NCBI GenBank assembly: GCA_003507445.1
Contig: DNVR01000010.1
Coordinates: 1-47,389 of the forward strand
Source of the DNA: Candidatus Moraniibacteriota bacterium
Lineage (GTDB): Bacteria > Patescibacteriota > Minisyncoccia > Moranbacterales > GWC2-37-73
Length of the DNA: 47,389 nucleotides
Reading direction: 5' to 3'
Part shown: positions 17,202-25,499 of the stretch, piece by piece
Position numbering within the stretch: the stretch's first letter is position 1
Layout: every line of letters starts with the position of its first letter
Translations under genes and position numbers: made by a program
Notes under the pieces: generated by a model
Seen by the model: the letters and a program-made list of their open reading frames with translations, nothing else
Told to the model about the DNA's origin: nothing
Database searches by the model: none

Positions 17202-18686
17202 ATGAAAACTTCAAGAATGATGTTTCTGGCAATGATGTTGGTTGTGCTCACCGCGGGCGTCGCGGTTGCCGCTGATGATGTCATTATTGACAACAGCAAT
17301 GGCTTTACTGGATCACAAGCTGTCACTGCTAATCCCAATGCTACAGCAACAGTAACAGGTGTTACTGCAACTGCTGGTGGCGGAACAGGTATTGGCACTG
17401 GCGGAACTGCTATTATAGATAGCAGCGGCAATTCCCGTAATGATGTTAAAGTCAATGTTGATACGGCTGGCGGTGAAGGTGGAAAAGGTGGTGACGCCAG
17501 TATGAAAGATTCTGGCAATGGCACTGGTACTGCGGTAGTTAATGACAGACTGCAGTTTCCAGGTACACCGGGATTTAATGGCTACATTACTCCAGGTGTA
17601 ACGGTTGATGGTACGCAATGGGATATCTTTTGTCCCAAGATTTACCGGAAACTTTCCTTCAAGAACCAGGTTGATGAGATGGCCTTTGGGTTTCATTTCT
17701 CAGACCTCTGGTTCACAAATTGGGGTGGAAGAGTTCAATTTACTCCAATGGGACCAAGTCTCCCTAAAAGCGAGGGAGACATGATGATGTGCACCAATTA
17801 TTGGCCACTTGATGATGCTAATGACGACGACGTTGTTGTCGGCAGAGGCGAAGTGGTTGGCAAGGAAAACTGGTCGGTCGAAGCGTTTGTCGCTGAGGCC
17901 TACAAATCTTGCCGGATAGAAAAAAATTCCAACAGGGTTGCAATCTTGGTTTCGCAGGACAAAAACCAAGTAACATCTTCGCAGTCACTCAACCTGAGTG
18001 CCTCGATTGTGAATGTTGCCGGTAGCAATACTGGCGTAGGCGGTGCTACAGGATTTGGAATTGGTAAGAGCACTACACGCTTGGACAAGGTTGATAAGAT
18101 AAAGTATGCCTGTCTCAATGATGGGCATGCTAACATCATTAAAACCTATGCCACATATCAACCTCCCGCATCTCAGCCGCCTCCTGCACCTCCGGTTTTA
18201 CAACCGGAGCCTGCACCACAACCTTCTGTATGTGACCAGTCAATATATCTCAAGCTTATTGCGGATATTGATGCTAAGCTTTTCGACTGCAAACCTTACA
18301 GCCACAATAATCTGGATCTGCAGCTGAAGGCTATGAAAGCTAATATCAGCGAGTGGGTGTGTGGAGGCAAGCGAGAAGTGAAATATCTCAATGATGCAAT
18401 CCAGCACGGCTATATGGCCGAACTGAATTACATCAAAGGCCGCGACATTTCCAAGTTCGGCGATTCTGAGAAGCTAATAAGCGACGTCGATTATTATCTG
18501 GCTAGTGCATTTTTTGCTAGGGATGGTTCGACAGCTGGTTATTGGAAAGTACCTGAAAAGGTACGGCACGTAAACAAAAAGACTGGGAAGTATGAGTGGA
18601 GACCAGTTACAAAAGACGAAGGGAATAAAATGCTGAATCTTCGTCACAACATGGAGAATTACTCCACGGACCTGGTTCTTAACTGA
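17202..18686 (+). CDS. Secreted protein of unknown function. The N-terminal module is paralogous to the LPASG protein, with a Pro-rich linker and a Cys-containing C-terminal domain
   Basis: SD AAGGAG. Signal peptide MKTSRMMFLAMMLVVLTAGVAVA. DDVIIDNSNGFTGSQAVTANPNATATV resembles ADITIKNSNSFSGTQTVTANPTATASV at 15346-15456. Linker YQPPASQPPPAPPVLQPEPAPQP. Higher G+C than the flanks. Confidence 0.75.
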   Translation: MKTSRMMFLAMMLVVLTAGVAVAADDVIIDNSNGFTGSQAVTANPNATATVTGVTATAGGGTGIGTGGTAIIDSSGNSRNDVKVNVDTAGGEGGKGGDASMKDSGNGTGTAVVNDRLQFPGTPGFNGYITPGVTVDGTQWDIFCPKIYRKLSFKNQVDEMAFGFHFSDLWFTNWGGRVQFTPMGPSLPKSEGDMMMCTNYWPLDDANDDDVVVGRGEVVGKENWSVEAFVAEAYKSCRIEKNSNRVAILVSQDKNQVTSSQSLNLSASIVNVAGSNTGVGGATGFGIGKSTTRLDKVDKIKYACLNDGHANIIKTYATYQPPASQPPPAPPVLQPEPAPQPSVCDQSIYLKLIADIDAKLFDCKPYSHNNLDLQLKAMKANISEWVCGGKREVKYLNDAIQHGYMAELNYIKGRDISKFGDSEKLISDVDYYLASAFFARDGSTAGYWKVPEKVRHVNKKTGKYEWRPVTKDEGNKMLNLRHNMENYSTDLVLN

Positions 18687-18692
18687 TAACTC

Positions 18693-18722
18693 GGCGGGCT
18701 TCTCGATAAAAAGAAGCCCGCC
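18693..18722 (+). terminator. GC-rich hairpin after the 494-aa gene (possible terminator or attenuator; no clear T-tract)
   Basis: GGCGGGCTTCT / AGAAGCCCGCC. Confidence 0.45.
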
Positions 18723-18756
18723 TACAAAATATTTCCTCAAATGAAAGGGGTTTTCC

Positions 18757-19713
18757 ATGAAAAAGATATTCTCTATAGTTATGTTTCTTGTTTTAAGCAT
18801 ATCAGCGATTTCTTATGCTGATCTTGGTTCAAACAACGATGCAAAGCTTAACCCGCCACAGAATCCTGTTCCCTCAACCGGCATCGACCAGCGAGTTATA
18901 AATCAGCTCGTGAATGAAGCCAGGGAGATAAAAAAAGAGGCAAAGAAAATGGCTGATGAAAGCAAGGCAGCCAAGCTGGCACATGATGATGCAGTCAATA
19001 ATTACGCTACCGCATTAAGGGACAGCGTGGAAACAGACAGAAGCTTACTTGGAGAAGTGAAAAGCTCCAATGGTAAAATTGATGCCTCCCGCGAGGATAA
19101 TGCCAAGATTATTCCATATGTCTCTGGCGAATTCCACAAAGCTGGTGAGCAGGTTGAAAATAGCTTACTAGCAGTTGGCTTGGGCCTCGCAGCCCTGATC
19201 ATTGTTGCAGTACTCGTGATACTGGCCCGCACAAAGGGTCAGGTTCGCGAGGCAGTTGAGCCGGCCGTGAACCGCCTTAATACAGTGACTGAAGAAGTAA
19301 AAACTGAAGTTACAAGTGTTAATGCTACAATCGGCAGCGCCAAAGATGAAATCCTTGCGGCGATTCAATCTTCCAAAGAGGAAATCATTAAAGTGGTACC
19401 GGCCGAAACTGCTAGTATCAACGAACTGCAGAGACCGTTCGTCCTAAAGGATATTCATGGAAAAAACTATCAAATCAACCCGGTCATAATCGACGGTAAG
19501 GTTCGCACATTGAAACTCGTCAAAGATTTCGATGAAGATGATTATGATAGTCCGTCAGAATATCCGCGGACTCCCGCAAAATCTCTCAGGCATCTTACGG
19601 CGACAAATGCTCAGATGCTTAACATATACTTTGATCCCAGCCTGAAATGCTCTGCTTTACTAAAAGCGGTCATAGACAACGCCATAGCTATTGGCGAGGT
19701 TGTGGAAGTATAA
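18757..19713 (+). CDS. Signal-peptide and single-TM protein of unknown function with coiled-coil-like ecto and cytoplasmic segments
   Basis: MKKIFSIVMFLVLSISAISYA signal. Central TM helix LLAVGLGLAALIIVAVLVILA. SD-like AAAGGGG. Higher G+C. Confidence 0.7.
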   Translation: MKKIFSIVMFLVLSISAISYADLGSNNDAKLNPPQNPVPSTGIDQRVINQLVNEAREIKKEAKKMADESKAAKLAHDDAVNNYATALRDSVETDRSLLGEVKSSNGKIDASREDNAKIIPYVSGEFHKAGEQVENSLLAVGLGLAALIIVAVLVILARTKGQVREAVEPAVNRLNTVTEEVKTEVTSVNATIGSAKDEILAAIQSSKEEIIKVVPAETASINELQRPFVLKDIHGKNYQINPVIIDGKVRTLKLVKDFDEDDYDSPSEYPRTPAKSLRHLTATNAQMLNIYFDPSLKCSALLKAVIDNAIAIGEVVEV

Positions 19714-19722
19714 AAACATATC

Positions 19723-19755
19723 GGGAGCCTGGAATTTTAACAAATCCAGGCTCCC
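19723..19755 (+). terminator. Intrinsic terminator-like hairpin
   Basis: GGGAGCCTGGA / TCCAGGCTCCC, an 11-bp perfect stem. Confidence 0.55.
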
Positions 19756-20053
19756 ACAACTCGTTTTGTTGTATATATGATGGAATGCTCCCTTGAGATT
19801 CCAGTTATCTTGCTCCTAGCAGATAACAAAGAAGTACGGATTTTCTCCTTAGAGATCCGAATATTACTCTGGGCCACCCTTGTGGGCAGATAATATTGTG
19901 TAGCAGACCTGCTGTAAATCTTACAAGCAGTGACCCAAATTTGAAAACAACCCTTTCACTCTGATGGCAGAGAAAAGGTGAACGTATAAAGCAATGTCGG
20001 CCACTATTCCAATCTTGGAGTATGTGGTCTTTTTGTTTGTCAAAATTAACTCT

Positions 20054-20129
20054 TGTCATGCTGAACTTGTTTCAGCATCTCACTAGGCTTAGCGGCTTTT
20101 CTAGATCCTGAAACAAGTTCAGGATGACA
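20054..20129. mobile_element. MITE-like element of the TGTCAT...ATGACA family
   Basis: TGTCATGCTGAACTTGTTTCAGCATCT ... AGATCCTGAAACAAGTTCAGGATGACA. The left end is almost identical to 28535-28560. Confidence 0.6.
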
Positions 20130-20170
20130 CAATGTGGTTTATTGGTGCAGTTTTTGTTGATTTTATGGCC

Positions 20171-20199
20171 TTGACAAATTATGCAATATTTGATAAACT
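20171..20199 (+). promoter_or_regulatory. Candidate promoter (TTGACA-17 nt-TAAACT)
   Basis: TTGACA at 20171-20176 and TAAACT at 20194-20199. Confidence 0.4.
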
Positions 20200-20234
20200 A
20201 ACAAGTCAACTATTTTGATATTTTGAATTTAAAT

Positions 20235-20894
20235 ATGATTGCAAAAGAAAAAAATATTGGACCAAAACATAATATCTCCGAGTTGGGATTGCGTAGCAAG
20301 AGATATTTGTTGTTTGTTGGAAGCTTGACCAAGCGCGAAGGTGCTCATTATTTGATTGAGGCTTTCAAGCAGTTGGAAGACACAGCAAAGACACCCAACA
20401 ATTTCAAATTGGCAATTGCAGCAAATGGGGATGAAGTTGATGATGAGGATTATGTGAAATATTTGAAAACGATTAGCGAAAGAAGGGACAACATAATCTT
20501 TTTCTGTGCTCGAAAGAAAAGCACGATCAAACAATTGTTTTCATCAGCATATCTTTATGTGCAGCCCGCTGAAATAGTTTTGTCGCAAGATACTTTGATG
20601 GAAGCAATGGGATATGGACTTGCTTCACTGGTAAGTGACGCAAAGGAGAACGTTAAGGTTGTCGGTAGTAACGGTTTTTTCTTTAAAGCAAAATCAGTTT
20701 TGAATCTTCGTGACCGCTTGGCATATTTGCTCAGTCGCAGCGAAGAAGTTTCTGCGATGAGTGAGCGATCAAAAAAACGTGCACAAAAATATTTGGAGAA
20801 AAAAGCAGTATTAAACAGTAAGGCAGTTGTTGAAAAGGAAATAATTTTAGAAAAAAATATATGGAAATGGAAAAACTTATTGAAAAAAAATTAG
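20235..20894 (+). CDS. Glycosyltransferase family 4-like protein, C-terminal Rossmann domain only (N-terminally truncated, possibly decaying)
   Basis: ...RYLLFVGSLTKREGAHYLIEAFKQL...NIIFFCARKKSTIKQLFSSAYLYVQPAEIVLSQDTLMEAMGYGLASLVSD matches the second half of GT4 enzymes. No N-terminal domain is found in any frame upstream. Confidence 0.55.
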   Translation: MIAKEKNIGPKHNISELGLRSKRYLLFVGSLTKREGAHYLIEAFKQLEDTAKTPNNFKLAIAANGDEVDDEDYVKYLKTISERRDNIIFFCARKKSTIKQLFSSAYLYVQPAEIVLSQDTLMEAMGYGLASLVSDAKENVKVVGSNGFFFKAKSVLNLRDRLAYLLSRSEEVSAMSERSKKRAQKYLEKKAVLNSKAVVEKEIILEKNIWKWKNLLKKN

Positions 20895-21928
20895 CCAATC
20901 GCGTAGGCTTATCGTCGCGAGTGTTTGTGGTGGGAATAATCCTTTCCGCTGTTTTTTTCTTGCTGCTGATTGATTCGTTTAAAACATATCAAAGTGAAAT
21001 TTCAATTTTGATAAGCGCCAAATCCCAGGTTGCTGCCAAACAGCAAGCTCAGATTGTTAGTAATATTTCAGAGCTTCCAAAAACATTGGCTTTTTATGAT
21101 AGGATGCTCAAAAACAATTCCGATATGCGAGATGTCACTGAGGGACTTTCTCCACAAAAAAGAAAAGACAAATGGAATGAGATGCTAACAGTTGAGCGAG
21201 CTAGTTTTGATGCTTCTGTTGTTAAGATTGCAATCACAACCTCTCATAAAACTGATTCTGAGCAACTTGCAATCAAGACTGCCCGCACACTTTTTGATAC
21301 TTCAGCTTTTTATTATAATATAAAGAAGGATGTTGATTTGAGAATTGTGGATGGTCCAATTACTAGAGTTTATATTTCAAATTGGTTTTGGCTTCTTATC
21401 TTCAGTATTATTGCTGGCTTCTCAATTTCTGGTCTTTTGCAATATTTGGTTTTTGAAAGTAAAAAGTTTTCAATTAAAAAACCTGAGTTTTTGAAAATGG
21501 GTTCATTTTTTGAATTCAAAAAAAATCCAAACATTCCCGTTGAAGAAGAATTGGAAATGCTTAATAATCTTTATAAAAACCAGCAAGCTGAGCAAGCATT
21601 TGATTTTGAACAAGAAAAAAAAGAAGAGTTTGGAAATTTGAAATATGCGAAAAAGTTTCAAGAAATGAAAAAAATAACCAAAAGTCTTGAACCGGACAAA
21701 TATCCTAATTTTCCCGAAATGCCCGTCAGTCACAAAGTTGAATCTAGTGCGCCAGCCAATCTTCCAGTCGCTGACGATTCATTTTTCATTCAAAATGAAG
21801 CGCCAACAGAATCTTCACCATCACAATCAGTAGAAAGTGAGCGGGATTCAATTGCTAGCGAAACAAGAGAACCAACTCCCGAAGAGTTAAAGAAGCGCTT
21901 GAACGAACTCTTGAAAGGGAAAATATAA
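20861..21928 (+). CDS. Two-TM membrane protein with Wzz/polysaccharide co-polymerase-like topology and an acidic C-terminal tail (tentative)
   Basis: TM1 VFVVGIILSAVFFLLLI, an extracytoplasmic stretch of about 150 aa, then TM2 WFWLLIFSIIAGFSISGLLQYLVF. Sits in a polysaccharide locus. Confidence 0.4.
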   Translation: MEMEKLIEKKLANRVGLSSRVFVVGIILSAVFFLLLIDSFKTYQSEISILISAKSQVAAKQQAQIVSNISELPKTLAFYDRMLKNNSDMRDVTEGLSPQKRKDKWNEMLTVERASFDASVVKIAITTSHKTDSEQLAIKTARTLFDTSAFYYNIKKDVDLRIVDGPITRVYISNWFWLLIFSIIAGFSISGLLQYLVFESKKFSIKKPEFLKMGSFFEFKKNPNIPVEEELEMLNNLYKNQQAEQAFDFEQEKKEEFGNLKYAKKFQEMKKITKSLEPDKYPNFPEMPVSHKVESSAPANLPVADDSFFIQNEAPTESSPSQSVESERDSIASETREPTPEELKKRLNELLKGKI

Positions 21929-22005
21929 ATCATAGAGCATATAACATGAAACATTGGAATGCGCATGTATTTTTGCTCCATGCTCTATGTTCCATGATTC
22001 ATGAT

Positions 22006-23373
22006 ATGAAAAAATACTCCTTAAAATTCTGGGTTATTTTCTGGAGTGTCTCTGGTCTTTTTTTGCTAGGTTGGTATTTTTATTGGAATACTCAAAACAG
22101 GGGGATGGCTTCGAGCGTGGAAAACGTTTTGTCTTTTTTGCCAATAAATAATTCTCAAAAAAAGGAATATCGAGCTCTAACAAAAGTTGGAGATTTTTTG
22201 CTTAAAAGTGATGACAAAGAAAAAAATCTATTGGTACTGTTTCAAAACAATATGGAGATCCGGCCGGGTGGTGGTTTTATCGGCGCATTTGGAATTGTGA
22301 AATTAAAAAATGGAAAAATTATTTCTTTGGAAACTCACGATCTTTCTAATTTTGATGTCAAAATTCCCAACACAATGATTCCGCCATATCCACTTAGGGA
22401 AATGGGTGTGGCTGATTTTTGGAAACTGCGAGACTCCAATTTTTCTCCTGATTTTGCAATAAACGCCAAGAAAACTGAAGAATTTTATCAGCTGGGAGGA
22501 GGAGAGGAAAAGCTTGATGGAGTGATTGGAATTACGGCAAATGTCTTGTCTTCCATTTTGAAAATAACAGGTCCAATATCCGTCGAGGGATATCCTGGGA
22601 CATATAACAGTGACAATGCAATTTTATCATTGGAGTATCAAGTGGAAAAAGCTTTCGAGGAGCAGGGGATTGATCGGGATGAGAGAAAATTGGTAATGTC
22701 TGATTTGGCCAAAGAAATTGAAAAAAGAGTCTTTTCTTTTAATCTTTCGCAAAAAATTGAATTGGCGAAAATTCTTTTGGCTGATTTGAACAAAAAAGAC
22801 ATCCAGCTTAATTTTGAAAATGAAAAATTGCAAAAAGAAATCAAGGCTGCCAATTGGGCTGGCGAAGTTGATCAAAATTGGAGCAAGGATTATTTAATGA
22901 CAGTTGATGCAAACATCGGTGCGTTTAAGAGTGATTATTACGTGAAACGATCAATTGATTATACAGTTGATCTTTCCAAGCAATTGCCTGTTGCAAAATT
23001 AAAAATAACATACGAGCATACTGCCAAGCAGAAAGATTGGATGACCAGAGATTATAGAGATTACTTGCGGGTATATGTTCCAGAAAATTCTGAGCTGATT
23101 GATCAGAAAAATTTTGATGATACAAAATTTGGCAGCGAATTTGGCAAAAAATATTTTGGAGCAATTGTGCGAGTGCCAATTGGAACTTCAAAAACCGTTG
23201 AGATAAATTATGCAATGCCACAAGAAATAAAAAACGATTACAATTTAAAGATTCAAAAACAAGCAGGATTAAATGATGTGCCAATAGTTTTTCATCTTAT
23301 AAAGGAGGATGGAACAACAGAGGAATTTTCAAGAGTTATGAATAGTGACCTAGTTCTTAGTGACTTAAAATAG
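22006..23373 (+). CDS. DUF4012 domain-containing membrane-anchored protein
   Basis: LLVLFQNNMEIRPGGGFIGAFGIVKL is the hallmark DUF4012 block. The start at MKKYSLKFWVIFW (22006) is preferred to 21946. Confidence 0.8.
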   Translation: MKKYSLKFWVIFWSVSGLFLLGWYFYWNTQNRGMASSVENVLSFLPINNSQKKEYRALTKVGDFLLKSDDKEKNLLVLFQNNMEIRPGGGFIGAFGIVKLKNGKIISLETHDLSNFDVKIPNTMIPPYPLREMGVADFWKLRDSNFSPDFAINAKKTEEFYQLGGGEEKLDGVIGITANVLSSILKITGPISVEGYPGTYNSDNAILSLEYQVEKAFEEQGIDRDERKLVMSDLAKEIEKRVFSFNLSQKIELAKILLADLNKKDIQLNFENEKLQKEIKAANWAGEVDQNWSKDYLMTVDANIGAFKSDYYVKRSIDYTVDLSKQLPVAKLKITYEHTAKQKDWMTRDYRDYLRVYVPENSELIDQKNFDDTKFGSEFGKKYFGAIVRVPIGTSKTVEINYAMPQEIKNDYNLKIQKQAGLNDVPIVFHLIKEDGTTEEFSRVMNSDLVLSDLK

Positions 23374-23400
23374 TCACAAACAATCAAACAAGGGGGGGTA

Positions 23401-23634
23401 ATGATTATGACGATAACGCAGATAACGTTTGCAAATGAGTCTTTACTCGAAAGAGTTTGCCAAGTTATTTCGGCCGTAGGTGGTTTTACAGTAATGGGCT
23501 TTGTTAAAAGTAACTGTTTGGAGATGAATGAAATTGAAATTTATCACAAAGATGGACTTGGCTCTGCAAAAAAGATAGCTGATATCTGTTTAATATTGGG
23601 CATACATGTCAGCCTTAAGATTTATGAAGAATAG
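23401..23634 (+). CDS. Hypothetical 77-aa protein
   Basis: Strong SD (AAGGGGGGG) directly upstream and a terminator downstream. No recognisable motif. Confidence 0.5.
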   Translation: MIMTITQITFANESLLERVCQVISAVGGFTVMGFVKSNCLEMNEIEIYHKDGLGSAKKIADICLILGIHVSLKIYEE

Positions 23635-23661
23635 TAAAAATGTTGCAAAATTTAAGCACAC

Positions 23662-23692
23662 AAAGGGGTTGCCAAATGGCTGCCCTTTTTCT
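23662..23692 (+). terminator. Intrinsic terminator
   Basis: AAAGGGGTTGCC AAAT GGCTGCCCTTTTTCTTTT. Confidence 0.6.
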
Positions 23693-23730
23693 TTTCTTTA
23701 AAATATATTATGATTAAGGGGTTGGAGATA

Positions 23731-23846
23731 CCCCAGTTAAATACAAGATTTGAACAGCTAGTATATTTGGCGGGGTAAATAATAATACGTAATTTAATAA
23801 ATAAGCTTTGTATTTTTTTGAAAAGTTCAAATCTTATTTAACGGGG
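23731..23846. repeat. Palindromic leader element, long copy 2 (CCCCAGTTAAATACAAGATTTGAAC ... GTTCAAATCTTATTTAACGGGG), ending 3 nt before the rfbC ATG
   Basis: About 22 bp of pairing between 23731-23755 and 23825-23846. The 3' arm and start context match 1305-1332 over 25 nt with one mismatch (A/G). Confidence 0.6.
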
Positions 23847-23849
23847 TAA

Positions 23850-24395
23850 ATGGAAATTGAAAAAACAAAATTTGAAGGGGCATATTTGATAAAGCCAAAG
23901 GTTTTTGATGATGAGAGAGGATTTTTTATGGAATCGTATTCAAAGAAAAGATTGAAGGATCTTGGCATTGAAGCTGATTTTGTGTTGGATTGTCATTCCA
24001 AATCAGTCACTAAGGGAGTTTTGCGTGGCCTTCATTTCCAAAATCCTCCTTACACGCAAGCCAAATTGGTGCGCGTGACAAAAGGTGCTGTGTACGATGT
24101 GATTGTCGATTTGCGCAAGGATTCGCCAACTTTTGGACAATGGGAAGGTTTTGAACTCACTGATAATAATTTTTATCAGCTTTTTGTGCCACGTGGTTTT
24201 GCGCACGGATTTTGCACATTGGTTGATGACACTGAATTTCAATACAAATGCGACAATGAATACACTCCATCTGCTGAAGGTGCAATTATCTGGAATGATC
24301 AGGATTTAAAAATATTTTGGCCGATAGAAAATCCAATCTTGTCAGACAAAGATGCAAAAGCACAGGAGTTTAAAAATTTTGTTTCCCCATTTTAA
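23850..24395 (+). CDS. rfbC: dTDP-4-dehydrorhamnose 3,5-epimerase
   Basis: FEDERGFFMESY, RGLHFQ, KLVRVTKGAVYDVIVDLR and VPRGFAHGF blocks. Confidence 0.9.
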   Translation: MEIEKTKFEGAYLIKPKVFDDERGFFMESYSKKRLKDLGIEADFVLDCHSKSVTKGVLRGLHFQNPPYTQAKLVRVTKGAVYDVIVDLRKDSPTFGQWEGFELTDNNFYQLFVPRGFAHGFCTLVDDTEFQYKCDNEYTPSAEGAIIWNDQDLKIFWPIENPILSDKDAKAQEFKNFVSPF

Positions 24396-24494
24396 AAAAC
24401 ATATAACATACAACATATAACATATAACAAAAATGCGTTAGGATTTCTTTGTATTTCAAATGCTACATGTTAAATGCTATATGCTACATGATTC

Positions 24495-25499
24495 ATGAAG
24501 CTATTAGTTACAGGTGGTGCTGGTTTTATTGGCAGCAATTTTGTCCATTACATTCTCAAGACGTATCCTGATTATGAGGTTGTTAATTTGGATGCGCTGA
24601 CATATGCTGGCAACTTGGAAAATTTGAAGGAATTGGAAGGCAATCCTCGCCACAAATTTGTGAAGGGGGATATTTGCGATGCTGATTTGGTGGATAAATT
24701 GGCCAAGGAGGTTGATATTATCGTGCATTTTGCTGCAGAATCGCACGTAGACCGCTCTATTTTGGACTCAGCGGCCTTTGTGCGCACAAATGTGATAGGA
24801 ACGCATACCTTACTCGAAGCTGCCAAAAAGGCAGGGAATTTGCGCTTCCATCACGTTTCCACAGATGAGGTTTTTGGGTCCCTGGGGGCTCAAGACGCAC
24901 CTTTTAGTGAAACTACGCCGTATGATCCCAGATCGCCATATTCAGCCTCTAAAGCTGGTTCAGATCACTTGGTGAGGGCATATTATCACACTCATAATCT
25001 TCCAGTCACGATTTCTAATTGCTCCAATAATTACGGCCCGTATCATTTTCCTGAAAAATTGATTCCTCTGGTAATTACAAATTTAATGGAGGGCAAAAAA
25101 ATTCCTGTTTATGGGGATGGCTTGCAGGTTCGCGATTGGCTTCACGTCGAAGATCATTGCAGAGCAATTGATACGATTATTCACAAGGGTAAGATTGGAG
25201 AAACTTATTGTGTTGGCGGTAATGGTGAAAAAACAAATATTGAAATTGTTAAAACTATTTTGGGACTTCTTTGCCGTGATGAAAGCTGGATTGAATATGT
25301 TGAGGACAGGAAAGGACATGACAAACGTTATGCAATAAACTTTGATAAAATTAAAAACGAACTTGGCTGGCAGCCGCAAATAACTTTTGAAGAGGGAATC
25401 GAAAAAACAGTAGCTTGGTTTCAAGCAAACGAATCTTGGTGGAAAAACATCAAAAGCGGAGAGTATGAAAAATATTATCAAAAGCAATACAAGAAATAA
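24495..25499 (+). CDS. rfbB: dTDP-glucose 4,6-dehydratase
   Basis: TGGAGFIGSNF, HFAAESHVDRS, YSASKAGSDHLV and NNYGPYHFPEKLIP. Confidence 0.92.
   Translation: MKLLVTGGAGFIGSNFVHYILKTYPDYEVVNLDALTYAGNLENLKELEGNPRHKFVKGDICDADLVDKLAKEVDIIVHFAAESHVDRSILDSAAFVRTNVIGTHTLLEAAKKAGNLRFHHVSTDEVFGSLGAQDAPFSETTPYDPRSPYSASKAGSDHLVRAYYHTHNLPVTISNCSNNYGPYHFPEKLIPLVITNLMEGKKIPVYGDGLQVRDWLHVEDHCRAIDTIIHKGKIGETYCVGGNGEKTNIEIVKTILGLLCRDESWIEYVEDRKGHDKRYAINFDKIKNELGWQPQITFEEGIEKTVAWFQANESWWKNIKSGEYEKYYQKQYKK

Noticed and set aside
19805-20059. 84-aa minus-strand ORF in the scar upstream of the GT fragment
   Set aside because: It has no SD and no motif, and its start overlaps the MITE terminal repeat. It is probably fortuitous.
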